A DNA stretch of 62,758 nt, the filler included, from Sphacelaria rigidula (taxonomy: Eukaryota): assembly GCA_964200075.2 (NCBI GenBank). It is 8 parts of 8 records of this genome, joined end to end, with 100 filler letters (N's around TTAATTAATTAA, not from the genome) between each part and the next. Parts side by side here need not be neighbours in the genome. Positions count along the whole stretch, not along the records: positions 47,146 to 54,902 come from CAXNAA020013557.1; positions 55,003 to 62,758 come from CAXNAA020013558.1; 6 more parts are not named here. One strand, given 5' to 3'. A program made the position numbers and the translations under genes. This document shows, in pieces, positions 50,262 to 62,758 of the stretch; position 1 is the stretch's first letter, and each line of letters begins with the position of its first letter. The notes under the pieces were generated by a model. The model worked only from the letters and a program-made list of their open reading frames with translations, had not been told where the DNA came from and did no database searches.

Positions 50262-51350
50262 TTCGACGTGTCGGGAGGACCTCACGGACCTCATGAATGC
50301 AGAGATCGCGCCCTGAGCAAACCTGGGCCGCGTTTTTATCGAGCCAGGGGTAGCGAAGCCAGGTAAGGTGACTGGAGTGACAATGCGTCGACGCAATGTG
50401 CCTCGAGAGGGAGGAGAGCGAGGGTTTCGAACTTAAAAATATCAGACACCCGCAACTCGCGTGGGGGTCACTCTCGCATGCGGATTGTGCTGGGAAAGTA
50501 TTGGCCCTAGTGTATTTCAGGGAGGTATCGGCGCCTACCACGTCATGACTGCATCGTCGAACTGATGCTCGGCTTTAGAATGTACCAGATACCGAGACGA
50601 CCTATCTGCTCGGAACTAACAGGCACCAGATGCCGAAACGACCCTTTCATTCTGTACTTACGGGAACCAGATGCCGAGACGACCCATCTGGTCGGCACTT
50701 GTATGTACTGAAATGTAGTTTGCCATGCCGTCCACTTCGTCCCTAAAGGTAGCTTTAAGGTAAACACACAAGCCAACACCACGAAACGTGCTCTTCTCGT
50801 CTGCGGATATGATATCGCCCGGTGACTTGGTCTCGACTTGTGTGTTTACCTTGGAGTTGTCTCGAGTGATAACGTGGACAGCATACAAACCACAGTTGAG
50901 TATATGTAGGTACCGAGAAGATTGGTCGTAGCAGTATCTGGTACCCGTGAGTGCGGAGTAGAAGGGTCGTTCCGGCATCTGGTACCTATTGGTCCTGAGC
51001 AGATGAGTCGTCTCGACATCTGGTACGTTCAAGAACCGAGCATCAGTTCGTCGATGCGATCATGACGACGTGGTAGGAGCCACCACCTCCCTGAAATACA
51101 CCTGTGCCGACACTTTCCCACCACAGTCCGCATGCGAGAGTAACTCCCACGCGAGTTCCGGGTGCCAGAATTTCATAGTATTGGAATCTCCGCTCTCCTC
51201 CCTTTCGAGGCACACTGCGTCGTCATCGTGTCGCTCCAGTCACGTCACCTGGCTTCGCTACCCCTGGCTCGATAAATGCGCGGTCCAGATTCGCTCGGGG
51301 CGCAATCTCGGCATTGATGAGGTGCGTGCGGTACTCCGGACATGTCGATG
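50262..51350. repeat. Long inverted repeat (about 510-bp arms, about 60-bp loop); probable foldback element
   Basis: TTTATCGAGCCAGGGGTAGCGAAGCCAGGT pairs with ACCTGGCTTCGCTACCCCTGGCTCGATAAA; CTCTCGCATGCGGA with TCCGCATGCGAGAG; AAGGTAAACACACAAG with CTTGTGTGTTTACCTT. Confidence 0.9.
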
Positions 51351-51499
51351 CGGGGGTAGAAAATATTCCGATGCGATCCAAAAATCACGCGGTCCTAACA
51401 CGCATTGCAGGGGAATCAACTCTAGGGCGGTATAGTGAGAGCAAATGTTGACCGCACACGGTCAAGTGCAGATCATTGACGACTGCTGTCGTGCGTAAG

Positions 51500-51732
51500 G
51501 GCGCTTTTTGTGGTCTGAAAACGGACTTTCTGATAACTGCCCTTTCTGAACCCTACATCGCCGATTTTTGACGGGATACGAGCCTTGGCGGATTGGCCCC
51601 CCTCGTGGAAATCGCAAAAATCTTTCCGAGGAGGCCCAATCTATCAAGGCCCGTATTCCGTCAAAAATCCGCAATGAAAGGTTCAAAAAGGGCAGTTTTC
51701 AGAAAGACCGTTTTCAAACTATATGAAGCGGA
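51500..51732. mobile_element. Short hairpin MITE-like element
   Basis: TGAAAACGG.CTTTCTGA.AACTGCCCTTT.TGAACC pairs with GGTTCAAAAAGGGCAGTTTTCAGAAAGACCGTTTTCA; pairing continues to the centre near 51615. Confidence 0.8.
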
Positions 51733-52952
51733 TTAAGTGTGAGGTTGTCGCACGTTGGCGTTCATATTTCTTTTTTGCAGCATGTTTCCCCGTCTGCTCA
51801 GCCCCGCAGTCGCCCATGTCCTTCATTCAGTCTCCATCAGACCCACCGTATATTAGTACCTTTGCAGCAAGTAGCAACAAGGTGAGATCTTAGCCTGCCG
51901 TAAGTGGCCAAGTATGATCCTGAATGTACTGGTCACACTGTAGTTGGTTACGGCGATTTTTCGGGTGTACCGCTTCAACGCGTGTAGCACCGTGAGAGTG
52001 GGAACAAAATAGTGCGAGATGATTACGACCACCGAGAAGTGGGAGCCCACCTCGAGGTGGATTGTCTTGAAGTGAAACCCCCCACAGTACGCGGGTACTG
52101 ACAGCTACTACGAGCCTCTAGCTTTGAGGGCTCAAATTTCACAGAAATAGGGTGAAGAGTACAATGGGCGATATCCACGGCTGGAAACCATTCCAAGATA
52201 TAACGTAATGGCGAACGACAATTTCAAGTATCTCGTCGGTTTTCTTGCGTCCATGGCGAGTGCACAGAGAATTAAATGCTTTCAGGGGTTCAGGGGGTGA
52301 CGACATTCGCATCGCCTACGTTAGATCCTATTTTGAAGCTCCAGCAGTGCCAATCAGAACGACTGTTGCCAGGATACAAAATTGCTCTGAATACCATTCG
52401 CAGGGATGGCACTGGTCACAAATCTATGCTCATACAGCAATTGATCCTTGTCACACATCGCAACTTTTCGACAAGCACCTGAACTGCTACGCCAACGTCG
52501 CGTAGTGTTGAAAAATAATGCTGCCTACGTATACCATCCAACTTCAGAAAAACCGCTACGGTGCTCATGATGCTGGAATTTCCGTTTGTGGGCGGGATAG
52601 TGTCTCGTAGTCGCCTTACCACTGCTTTCTGACGGCATCGGTATTCATACCGATGAATTTAACCCCACCTTTCCCGTCCCACGGAGAGCGATGGCCTCTC
52701 ATCCCTTCTCCCAAGCCGGCGCCAGGTGCACCACACAACAACACCCTGTCAGACAGATGGCATAACGTGGATATGTGCATGACCGGTAACTCTTGTCGAT
52801 GGGCAGATCGTCTTCTGGGAAACAGTGTGAAGCTCATTATCGGTTTCTGTGTTCTCTCTGTGTTTCACATAAGCCGAAACCGTCTCGTCCGTATCGAATG
52901 GAATGCTGCTGGTCCTCGCGACGTCTCTTTTGCTCGCCGCTACCTATTGCAG

Positions 52953-53012
52953 AACAACGTAACCGATATGTGCAGAGTCTCGAGGATGCTCAGTGCTCTT
53001 TGTCTGACGGAG
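52953..53012 (+). CDS. Possible orphan 60-nt exon
   Basis: Pyrimidine-rich TTGCAG acceptor and GTGAGT donor; open in two phases; no partner exons identified. Confidence 0.25.
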
Positions 53013-54284
53013 GTGAGTACAGCAAGTGACAAAGCCAGGGTGCGTGTGTGTTCTAGGCACTTGTCATAAGAATGCGTCAGACGCGAAGGACTTACGGTAT
53101 AATATAGTTGTAGACGTGGACAAGTAATGAGAGACGCGGTGCCGGCGTCAAGTGGCTTGCTTCAGAACTAATAGGGTAAACTTCCGGACGAGCAGCAAGT
53201 ATATTATATCTCATAATGGTCGAGACGAAATGTTTTGAATAGAGGTACGATCTTCTTTCCCATAGGGCTTCCCTCTGCATTACTCGATTGCCCCTGTGAC
53301 GACAGCAGGTTGCTAGCACTGCCGCGTCTAATGCTGTTGAGGAACTCCCCAGTTCCACTGGCCTCAGGTTTCAGTTGTCAGTCTTTACAACATCTCATTA
53401 TTCAGGAGTAAACAGCTGCAGCCCATACCGTCAGGCATGGGCTACACAGCAAGGGTCATCATCCACAGGGTGCTCTTGCCCTCTGGTCATCATCCAGAAT
53501 TCACTATATACTCAACGTGGCGGCGTGACTTCGTCACACCCCGCACGCATCGTCTCCTCTACTTGAGCTGATCGCTGTACGCCCTCCGCCTATTGTCCCT
53601 TATCTCGAGCAGATAACGATCCCTTTCGGGTTCAGGAGCTGTGTGTCAGCCTGTAGGAACATCGAAGCGCGACCCGCAAAAATGGCGAAATCTGGCACCG
53701 GTAGTGCGCTCCAGCTGCCATCTACGAGGGGCAACACAGCCATCGGTACCGTGAATCTCTCCTTGAAGGGGGTCGGATCTACGAGACTCAAGACGTGGAG
53801 TACGAACAAAGCGGTTGCTGTGGCAGCGGTGGGGCATGATTCCGTTCTACAGCATGACAATAGCGACCCAACTTAGCGTGACGCTGCTGGACCTACTTGC
53901 AGAGGAGTGATGGAGCTACAGGTGTTCGTCGTGGAAGGCGATAAACTTCACCGCCTTCCTAGCACAACTGCCCTACTAAAGCATTGCTGCTCTAACGCCG
54001 TGGCCATAGCACCATGAGGACTGCGGTCGGTTACTACCTCTACGGCCCTCGCATATGAATGTAGCAGGGATGCGTGGAGGGTTTCCGTACACAAAGATTT
54101 TACGAGCTCGTCCGGAGAAGTAACCCAGAAGGATGCACACCGTTGATTTCTCCACGAAAGCAAAAGTCAGATCAGGACCAACAGGGTATCTGAACACTGT
54201 TGAACCCTTCAGTGCCCGGCGCTCATCAAAGACCAATAGCGCTCTCGCATGGCACCCCCTCCATCCCCTCCCCCCTCCGGTGTA

Positions 54285-54902
54285 CAAGACAACAGTAAGA
54301 GATGTGATAGAAATATGGGGGAAAGGAGAACTTAGACGCAAAGTAGACGAGGAAGAACACCTGAAAGTATACGGGTGGTTGCGAGAGGGGATAGGGATGA
54401 AAGCATATTTGCATGGCCTAATGGACGCGGCGGAAAACGTGAAACTGCAGTTTTGGGTGGGGGACCTGAACCTGCTAAAAAGAAGGAAGAGATTTTACCA
54501 GTAGTCGAAAGGAGGAGGAAGTAGATGGACAGAATTGCCTATGTGTGGCAAAGAAATAGAGAGCAGAAGTCATATAGTGGCAAAATGTGAAGTATACAAG
54601 GAGGAACGGGACGTGCTAGAGGGAGAAATGCGGGACGTGAACAAAGGTGGCATGAAATCGTTATCGTTTGATGCACTAGACAGTAGGGAGAAAACGATGG
54701 CTATACTAGGAGATAGATGGTGGCCACAGACGGCGAAACAGGACGGGGATAAGATATGTAAAATGTTTTTGTGTCCGTGTAATGTATGGAAGAAACGTAA
54801 TGAGCTGCGGAAGAAACGTAATGAGCGCCAGAATGTTGGAGGTGTCTCTATTAGGAGTAGGAACGGTGCTCCGTCTCGAAAGGGATGCGTGGTCAATGGT
54901 CA
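54285..54902 (+). mobile_element. LINE 3' fragment, same family as 35530-36906
   Basis: PMCGKEIESRSHIVAKC...ILGDRWWPQTAKQDGDKICK; DNA near-identical to 36690-36860. Confidence 0.85.
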
Positions 54903-55002
54903 NNNNNNNNNNNNNNNNNNNNNNNNNNNNNNNNNNNNNNNNNNNNTTAATTAATTAANNNNNNNNNNNNNNNNNNNNNNNNNNNNNNNNNNNNNNNNNN
55001 NN

Positions 55003-58000
55003 ACAGTATTCTTTCAAACGAAACAGAGTTGGCGCCGCACCACGGTGACCAGCCGACCGCATGTGAGCGCATACCATCAAGGGAGTTTATAGAGCCTCAT
55101 CATCCGACGGAGTCCGCAAAACATCACTACTGCCAACACGCACGCAAAACAAAACATCGTCTACCAAAATAACTCGGCCGAAAGTCGTAGGAAAATAAGC
55201 AACACCTCCGCCGACTGTTTTGCGCTGCGCGGTACGAATGACATCTAACGAGGGCAGCGAATCATCGGCATCACACGGGCTGTACATGGCAACAGAACGG
55301 ACAGGCACGATAGGAACCTTCACCCAGCGCGACAACAAATCTCCCCAACAATTGCGCTCCCCAGGAATATGTTCAATGGCATACCGATATTGGCCGAGTA
55401 CTCCTTTCCAATTTTCAAGCCGTTGTGCCATGGCTTTCGTCACCGATGTGACATCCTCTTCAGGGTTAAAAATGTATTTTAGATTACGATGATCGGTGGG
55501 AATGCGAACACCACCCCATAGCAAGTACTCTAGCCTTCAAAATGTATCGACTATTGCGGAACCTCCTTTCTCCACTGTGGCCCACCGCAACTGTGAACCC
55601 TTGAAACTACCACTCAAAAAAGCTAACGGTTCGTGTGACATGTTTTCGAGCGCAATGTCACTACTAAACTCTGCGACAGGCACTTGCGTCAAAAAACGAT
55701 CCAAGTGAAAATCCGAAGCATCTGGAAACATCAGAACAACGCACCCAGGATGAAGATAATACAGCGGCACCGCTTGCGCCACTAAATCTTGCGCAGCACA
55801 CCATGCCCGCACAGGATCCTCCGTCCAAGCGTCCTCCGGGATGGTACGAATACGCGCCACCCGCTTGGTCCGACGCGAAGCCCCGACCACAAGTTGTTCC
55901 AGAAATACTCGAAGCGGCGCAACTACTCTCGCCATGCGCGGGAGCGAAGTCCGCACCAACTCACCGCCTGCAGAAACTGCATCAGCTCACAAGCGGTTTG
56001 AGGACGTCGCATATTGCTCGAACCTTGGATGCGGACGGGGTCATGCCAAACAGTACCTTCGCAGTACACCTTACCACACCAAACCACTTCGCGGGCAAAA
56101 AAAGTACACTTATGCGCAGCGAAAAACAGACCAACACTTTCCAAGCGGCCAAGAATTTCGTCAAGCAAAGCTAACAATGCTTCTTCGGTTTCAGCAAAAT
56201 AGAAAACGTCATCCACCCACACTTTACAATCTAGACCTCGCAAAATGTCAGTCAGCACACCTTGGAAATACGCCGTGGCGTTCAACACGCCCTGCGGGAC
56301 ACGAGTAGGCTTAAACAAACCGTCCGGCTGATGATCGTAAAGATCTTTTGAGCCTTCGGCGCCAGAGGCATTTGCCAATACCCTTGTAGCAGGTCCAACT
56401 TGTCAAAGCATTGGGCTCCCAGCAACTCCCGCATGTCTTCTTGGCTTGGCATCACCTCCGGAGACTGTTGCACTTGCGCGTTCCCCGCGTGATAGTCGCT
56501 GACCGAATGGAATGTATCCCTCTTCGGCACAGCCATCGCCGGACTCGCCCACACCGCCTGAATATTCCCAACCACTAAACCAAACGCCACCAAAGCTGCG
56601 ATGCATGAGGCAAGCCATCCGGTCTTCACCGGATCATAGCCTCTGGGCTTGGCCTTCACCGTATTCGCCTGTGGCTTGAGCTTTACCCTCATGGGCTCTA
56701 AACGCGCTGGCGGATTACCACGCAGGGCACAACGAAATGTATCCATGCGACGAGCCAAATATCACGCAGACAATGTGCGCCATCGGCGCTCAGGTCCTTC
56801 TGCTCGGCCTGCTGCACGCTATCCTCAAGCGCACGTTCTCCTGCACCTCTCTCCTCCGCTGGGTCCATAAACATGTCGGGCCCCCGATCGACCCAGCGCT
56901 CCACCGCTTCATCCGCAGAAGCCTCCTCCTTATTGGCGCTCTGGAATGCCCGTATGGATACGGTCACACGCCTTGCAGAAATATAGCTGGGGGTTTCAAC
57001 GCCGGTTTGCACCGGCACAGCACGCGGGCGTAACTTATCCAACGCCAGCGCGTACAAATCAATCCCGAGCTCCTTCATCGTCGCCATCCCAAATAGAACC
57101 ACGTTGTCCCTGCCGGGCATGACAGCGAAAGTAATGGGCTGCAACTCCACAGCCCCCCACGGCGTACGCACGCTAACAGTAATCAGCACTGTTTTATGTG
57201 TAACCGTCATAGGAGCACCCGTGGCGGTCTGTGCCGTTTGCGGTCCATTTTCGAACGGAATCTGAAGCTAAGCGCCGCCAAACTGCGAAGACATTTGTTC
57301 CGGCAACCCCACACCAATCGACCTGAGTGCGGACCCAGAATCCAGAATACCGCAGGCAGTGAACGAACTTACGGAACCAGGCAAGGAAATATCTGCACGT
57401 AAGCATTCTGCGGTGCGATCGACAGGCACCACGCCTGCCGAAGAACCTCGGTCGGTACCAAGAGTTACCTGACGCCAGGGCTGCCCTTCAGCACTCGACA
57501 TCGATATCTGAGAATCGTCGGTCCAACCAGACCAAGTCGCCGAATATGCAGACGGCGCTGTTACAGCCGTCGCAGCAGTAGGGAATGCACCAGACACGGA
57601 TCCTGCCTGGCCGAGGGGTTGCGAACTATTCGCTCCAGCACTCCCCACCGAAGTATTTGCATTTCCCACGTACACTGTCCGCCCCGCCACGGACGAACCA
57701 TGAGATCCAGAGTCACCACCTGATGATGAAGTGGAAGAAACAACAGCGGAGGAAGCACCGTCCGCCGCCGATTGATTGCTACCGCATCTGCTGCGCCTGC
57801 GTCCCTGTTTAGCACGGCCCCGTCCACCGTGACGACCGCCTCGAGATCCTGATGAATCTCGCGCATTTCCTTGAGCAGCGCCGTGAGCGCGAGGCGTGGG
57901 GCAGCCCTCGATCAGGTGTCCGCTGTCACCGCAGTTGTAATACGCGCGAGTGGACGACGCTCGCGAAAACGGCTGCTGTTTCTGTTGCTGTTGTTGTTTG

Positions 58001-59162
58001 CGGCGCGCACCACCTGCACTTGTTGCAGAATCGCCCCGGCTATGTGCTTCAATGAGCTTCCACTGGTCGGCCGCGTCAAATATTCCGTTGAACACCACCG
58101 TCGGATTATTTTCCCATCCGTCTACATACGTTAGCACGCTTCAAAAATACACCTTGAATTCCGGAGGCGAAATTTAAGCGTCTAACAAAGCTGTGAAAAC
58201 CGACTCGGCCGGGACTGGCAACCAGCTCCTGCCCTCCGCACGGTACATGGCTTGCACCGTCAGGTTTTCGGCGAAAAACTTTTTCATCGACGAATTTACC
58301 ATCATCGCTCTACTCTTGACGGATACCCCACCGCTTGGCTGCATCGTAAGCACTCTCCGCAGGTCTGCTGCAGCCCACGCAGTGTCATGCTTGCCGCCGG
58401 CTGTGGTGTGCCCGGCATGCTGCTCTACAACATCTAGCAAATTCGTCGGGGGTCATAGCCCGACGGTCCTTGCACAGGCCTTCAAAGCACCGGTGAATAT
58501 ATGTTGGAATAAGTTGTTCGATGCTCACCCTGGCATGCCTTATGACTCCTTGAGCGTGGGCTAAATGAAACCTCTCTGAATAGTCGAGATATGCGGCATA
58601 AATATTTTTGACGCTTCTTCAGCCCACACTTCGCCATACTTTGGCGGCTCTAGTGGCTTACCTAACACCAGCGGCGCTGCCGCCGCTTGAGCCATGTCGT
58701 CTAGGATTCACCACTTCATGGAGAGACTCTTGCCTGACGTGTACATCCTCTAGCCCACGGAGCGTCCTCCACTGCTGTGCGCTTCAAGTTGGCTTCAAGT
58801 CGGTCTCTTTTACTGCAGGCCAAGCTGGCTTCCAGCTGCGGCCCCTCTCCCAAGCCAAACTCCTGCAACATAGTGCCGAAAAGAATACTTCAAGTATCTA
58901 GAGATTGTAGCCTTTGCCAGACCATCTGGACAAGAGGGCTTTCCACGAGGGACTCCTCCAGTATCACTGGCCTTGCGCTCAACAAGTCCTTTCTTCTCAC
59001 TTGTTATTATCACGGAGTGATCCTCAACAGACCACATCACGAGCCAGCAGCGAGGGGCCACGTAGATAAGGGTAATCAATCCAGGATCCCCTGTCCCCTG
59101 CCACTGCTCCAATCATGCATGCTATTATACTAAAACCTACGGCTTGATATCATTTGGCTACA
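55003..59162 (-). mobile_element. Ty3/Gypsy LTR retrotransposon, decayed; 3' part cut by contig end
   Basis: Gag zinc knuckle YNCGDSGHLIEGC, protease ILDSGSA, RT (WASPAMAVPK, LDLLQGYWQ, PQGVLNA, WVDD), RNase H (FPDASD, LRWATVEK, TDHRNL, NCWGDLLSR), start of integrase (CAHMRSAGHRG), in Gypsy order. Confidence 0.95.
58906..59162 (-). repeat. Candidate 5' LTR of the Gypsy element
   Basis: TGTAGCC...GGCTACA termini, 257 bp, upstream of gag. The second LTR is not in the contig. Confidence 0.55.
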
Positions 59163-59524
59163 GCCGCCAGTGATCCAGTTTCAACCGATAACTGTACTGT
59201 AACTAGTTGTAATTTTTTGCAACCACCAGTTTTTATCTGGTTAGGCAAACCAGTTCACAACACTCTAATAATTAGCCAACCAATACCATATGTTATATGA
59301 ATCGAACCGAAGAGGGAGAAATATATCATATATGCACATGCATGCAGTAGTACTCAATACTCGTACCTGCGTAATGAGGGGAAATTGAAATCGCGATACG
59401 CAAGTTGATCGTACTTGATCTGAGCAATCATAATATATTTTCAAATTGAGCGGAGTATATAGCAATGTCTCGAACGGCGCGCGCGGTATACAGAAAAATA
59501 GCGTATAGCGAGATTGTGGGCAAT

Positions 59525-59585
<61 letters not shown>

Positions 59586-62500
59586 CTTCATATAAAAACC
59601 GTTCCGACATCTGTGCGGTACATTCGTGCTAGGCATCTGATGCGGACGCCTTCCGTGGTCACAGGTTAGCTATCTAAAATAAGGTATGAGGAAATCAAAC
59701 AAAACCGAGAGAAATAAAAGTAGACCCAGAAAACAATCATAAACGCGATACAAGCAAAACAGGAATAAAAATAAGGAAGAAAGAAAATAAATATGGCTAA
59801 CCTCAGAAGATCCGGTGCCGCAGATGACCATTCGGACTTCAGGGGGTGGCGCCCGGCTTTCAACTCGACGCGCGAGGCCAAGTAGAAATGAACATAGGGT
59901 CCGACTACGGGCGAAACTCAAGGCCCAAAGACCACCAACCAAAAAATAAGAACCGCAAGGTTGCGTCTCGATCTCTCGAGGGACAGCCATACGTACAAGC
60001 ATACCAGACATATCAAGACAAGCACCGCATGACATAACGACACCCCTCGTCGGGGGGGTTCACCCCCTACCTCCCCTTCTCTGGACCGTCGTCATTGCTG
60101 TGCTGGCTTCGTTGGTGTCCCATCCAACCGCACGCAGTCGGCTGGCCTACTCTTCATTTCTGTGCCGTGGGGTCATGAACCTCTCCGCTCTCTGCAGCAC
60201 TCTCACGTACCACGGCAACCCCCCTCCTAATTCGCTGCTGAGGACCATAGGGCGCGGTCAATTCCGAATGTTTGGCGCTTGTCGTCCGTAGAGCCGTCTG
60301 TGGCTCCGAAAGCGTGGAAATCGTCCCTCAGGCACTTCAGGCAGGTTTGCTCGGGGCACCCTGGTCCTGGATCCTCCCCCCCGACTAGTAGTCCGAGTGC
60401 TATTCGCTTCGGTAGTTGTCCGTCCGGTTGTCTAGCCAGGGCTCCCGCGAACAGCAGTCGTTGTTTGCCGGACGATGGCTTCGGCACTTTGGCATCCGGT
60501 CTTCTTGGGGGCCTGTGCATACACAAGCTGTCGGTATGTGCCGCGCACTCAGTGGTACCCGATGACTCGCAGGAGGAGCCGGTAGTGTACCTTTGTCAGC
60601 AAATCGTAGTGTTCGCGGCGCGGGGCCCACTTCATGCATCCGTATACTAGGGCCTCCATCGCCCCCGCTTTCAGCAGTCGGATCTTGAGTCTCCACGGTG
60701 TTTTCTGTCGGTCAAAGAGCTCCCGGGAGAACTTCCTGATACACGCCCACGCTGCTCTGCTCCGATTGTTACTTTCTTGCTCAAGTTCGTCCTCTTCGTT
60801 GACGAGCCCGCCCAAGTATCAGAAACTAGTTTTCTGGGCGTATTTCCGGCCCGCTGCTTCGATCATCAGCGGTGGGGGAGATGGTGTTGGTGACTCCCCC
60901 TTCTTCGGTGCTTGCCTCGGTACTCGCATCAAGAGAGTTGTTGCCGTCTTCTTCTCCGATACGGTCAGTTCAAAGCCCCCAAACACGTCCCCTATGATGA
61001 TTATCATCCTCGCCAGTCCGTCGGGAGATCTGGAGACAACGCCGGCATCGTCGGTATACAGCATTCCCCACACCGCTCTCCGTACGCGTTCCAGCGGTGT
61101 CTCCGCCTCCCTCCCCGTCTCCTCATCGGAATATACCATATCCTGATGATGATATCGTCCTCGCTGAATCGCACGAGGACTATCTCGAGCCCTGCCACGA
61201 AGAAGATGTTGAGCAGCAGGGGAGACAGTACACATCCTTATCGCAGTTCCTGTGTGACTTCAAACCACTCCGAGAGCTCCCCGTCGTCTATGCGTACACT
61301 GGCCTGCATACCGTCGTGGCATTGGCGGGTAAATGCGATCATCTCATCCGCAATGCCAGCTCGAGCCAGTATCTTCCACAGAGGCTCTCGGTCGACCGAG
61401 TCATACGCCTTCTGGAGGTCGACAAAGCACATGCACAGCGGTATTCTCCGCCGCCGTCCCAGCTCCTGGAGTCGGCGCACTACAAACGGCATGCCGACAG
61501 TGGATCTGTCAGGTCGGAAGTCGCACCGTTCCTCCGGTAATATCCCGTGTGTTTCGCAGTAGTCGCTGGGGCGGTTGGCCACTATCTTCAGGAGCACTTT
61601 CCCTGCGTGCGATACCAGAGAAATCCCCCTGTAGCTATTGCAGATGGATCGGTCGGATTTCTTGTACAGCACCTTGATCCTTGCATCTTTTCACTCCTGC
61701 GGGGCTTCCCCTCCGTTCCACACCTCGACGAGAATGGTATGGAAGCGTTCGAGGACGATGGGTTCGGCGCGACCATCGATCTTGAGTAGCTCTACAGGAA
61801 GGGAGTCGTGTCCTGGCGCTTTCCAGTTGTACATTCCCCGGACTACTCGTCTACTTTCATCGAGTGTTGGTGCTGCCCCAAGCGATACTGAATCCCTGCT
61901 GGTTGAAGCTGCCGGTCGCTGCTTCAATTCCTCGATGATGGCTGGGTTCAGGGGGGGCGATTTGGCGTTGAGCAGGGTGCGGAAGAACCTCGCCCACCGT
62001 TTAAGGATGGCAATTGTTTTCCTTAACAGGACGCCGTTCTCGTCCCATATGAACTGCTGCCCCCCGGATTGCCTTCCACCAAGACCCACCGATCTCTCGA
62101 GGTGTTTGTACAGGCCTCTCATGTCGCGATCCTTGTAGGTCGCTTCTAGCCTTGCCACATACCTCTCCAGATGTGCATGGATGCCGTCATCTATTATTGT
62201 ACGTACGCTCTCGCACGCGGCTCTGAGAGTTTTCCACGATGCTGGGGTTCGGTGATCCTTCATCAGTCGGCGTGCCTCCCGTCGTTTGGCGAGCACTGCC
62301 TCCGCTGTTGCTTTCGTGCCGGGGTTTTCACACCGTTGCGGCATACGTGGTATCCGTGCCGCTTCCAGGAGTACTGTGTGCGCTGCTTCGAGGATAGCGT
62401 CGGTAAACTCCTTCGCGGCCGCCGGTGCGGTGGTGAATGACGGGTATTTTTGCTCGCCGAGGTTATGTATAGGAACCTCTCGGTCACGTGCCACCTTGAC

Positions 62501-62605
62501 ATTTTTATCTCCAGCTGCTGTTTACTGAATCGCTGCTGCTCCGATTTGGTTCGTAGTGAGTGGTTGTGGGCAAGGCGCCACCGAGGTCGACAGTGGCTGT
62601 AATGC
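59525..62605 (-). mobile_element. RTE-like LINE, 5'-truncated and frameshifted, with 3' UTR and (CAA)n tail
   Basis: RT motifs as at 22563-23474, plus LYTDD, LTVSEKKT, YLGG and RLPKR-like C-terminus. The (TTG)n run at 59526-59584 is probably its tail. Confidence 0.92.
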
Positions 62606-62758
62606 GTGAGAGGGCCGCGTGCTTAGAGGGCCGCGCCATAGTTCAAAATACCTCAGGATCGACGTTTTTCAAAACCAATCGGGTCAGGCCCTGCTGGTAC
62701 CACGCCCCTGCCACTAACCCCAACACTAACCCTAACCATAAACATAGGCGTTTTCAAA

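Noticed and set aside
46015..62758. Giant TE-filled first intron of NAA15
   Set aside because: Sequence beyond 47045 belongs to unrelated contigs.
1..62758. Fanzor/TnpB, Helitron, Polinton or phage-defence-like genes
   Set aside because: No RuvC, HUH/helicase, pPolB, capsid or similar motifs were recognised in the ORF track. Highly decayed copies cannot be excluded without a search.

Overview
Eukaryotic genomic DNA, intron-rich and repeat-rich. The gene and repeat style suggests a brown alga or related stramenopile (inference only). The window is not one locus. It is eight contigs of 7758, 7758, 7758, 7757, 7757, 7757, 7757 and 7756 bp, sorted by size and joined by 100-nt N spacers containing TTAATTAATTAA, so adjacency across gaps has no meaning. 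Host genes: a complete 6-exon COP9 signalosome subunit 7 gene; the last exon of a convergent RJL-like GTPase; a partial C2-domain gene; a partial unknown gene with a 1.8-kb low-complexity exon; and the head-to-head first exons of an SNF1/AMPK-family kinase and a NAA15-like gene. The remainder is mobile DNA: Gypsy and Copia remnants, three LINE types, a tRNA-headed SINE, and several foldback/MITE families. I found no recognisable novel enzymatic system. The best leads are structural: a CACG-terminated element filled with 42-43-bp doubly palindromic repeats, a 1.1-kb hairpin, a fully palindromic 430-bp MITE family, two GC-AG introns, a possible 23-nt intron, and an in-frame TGA exon.
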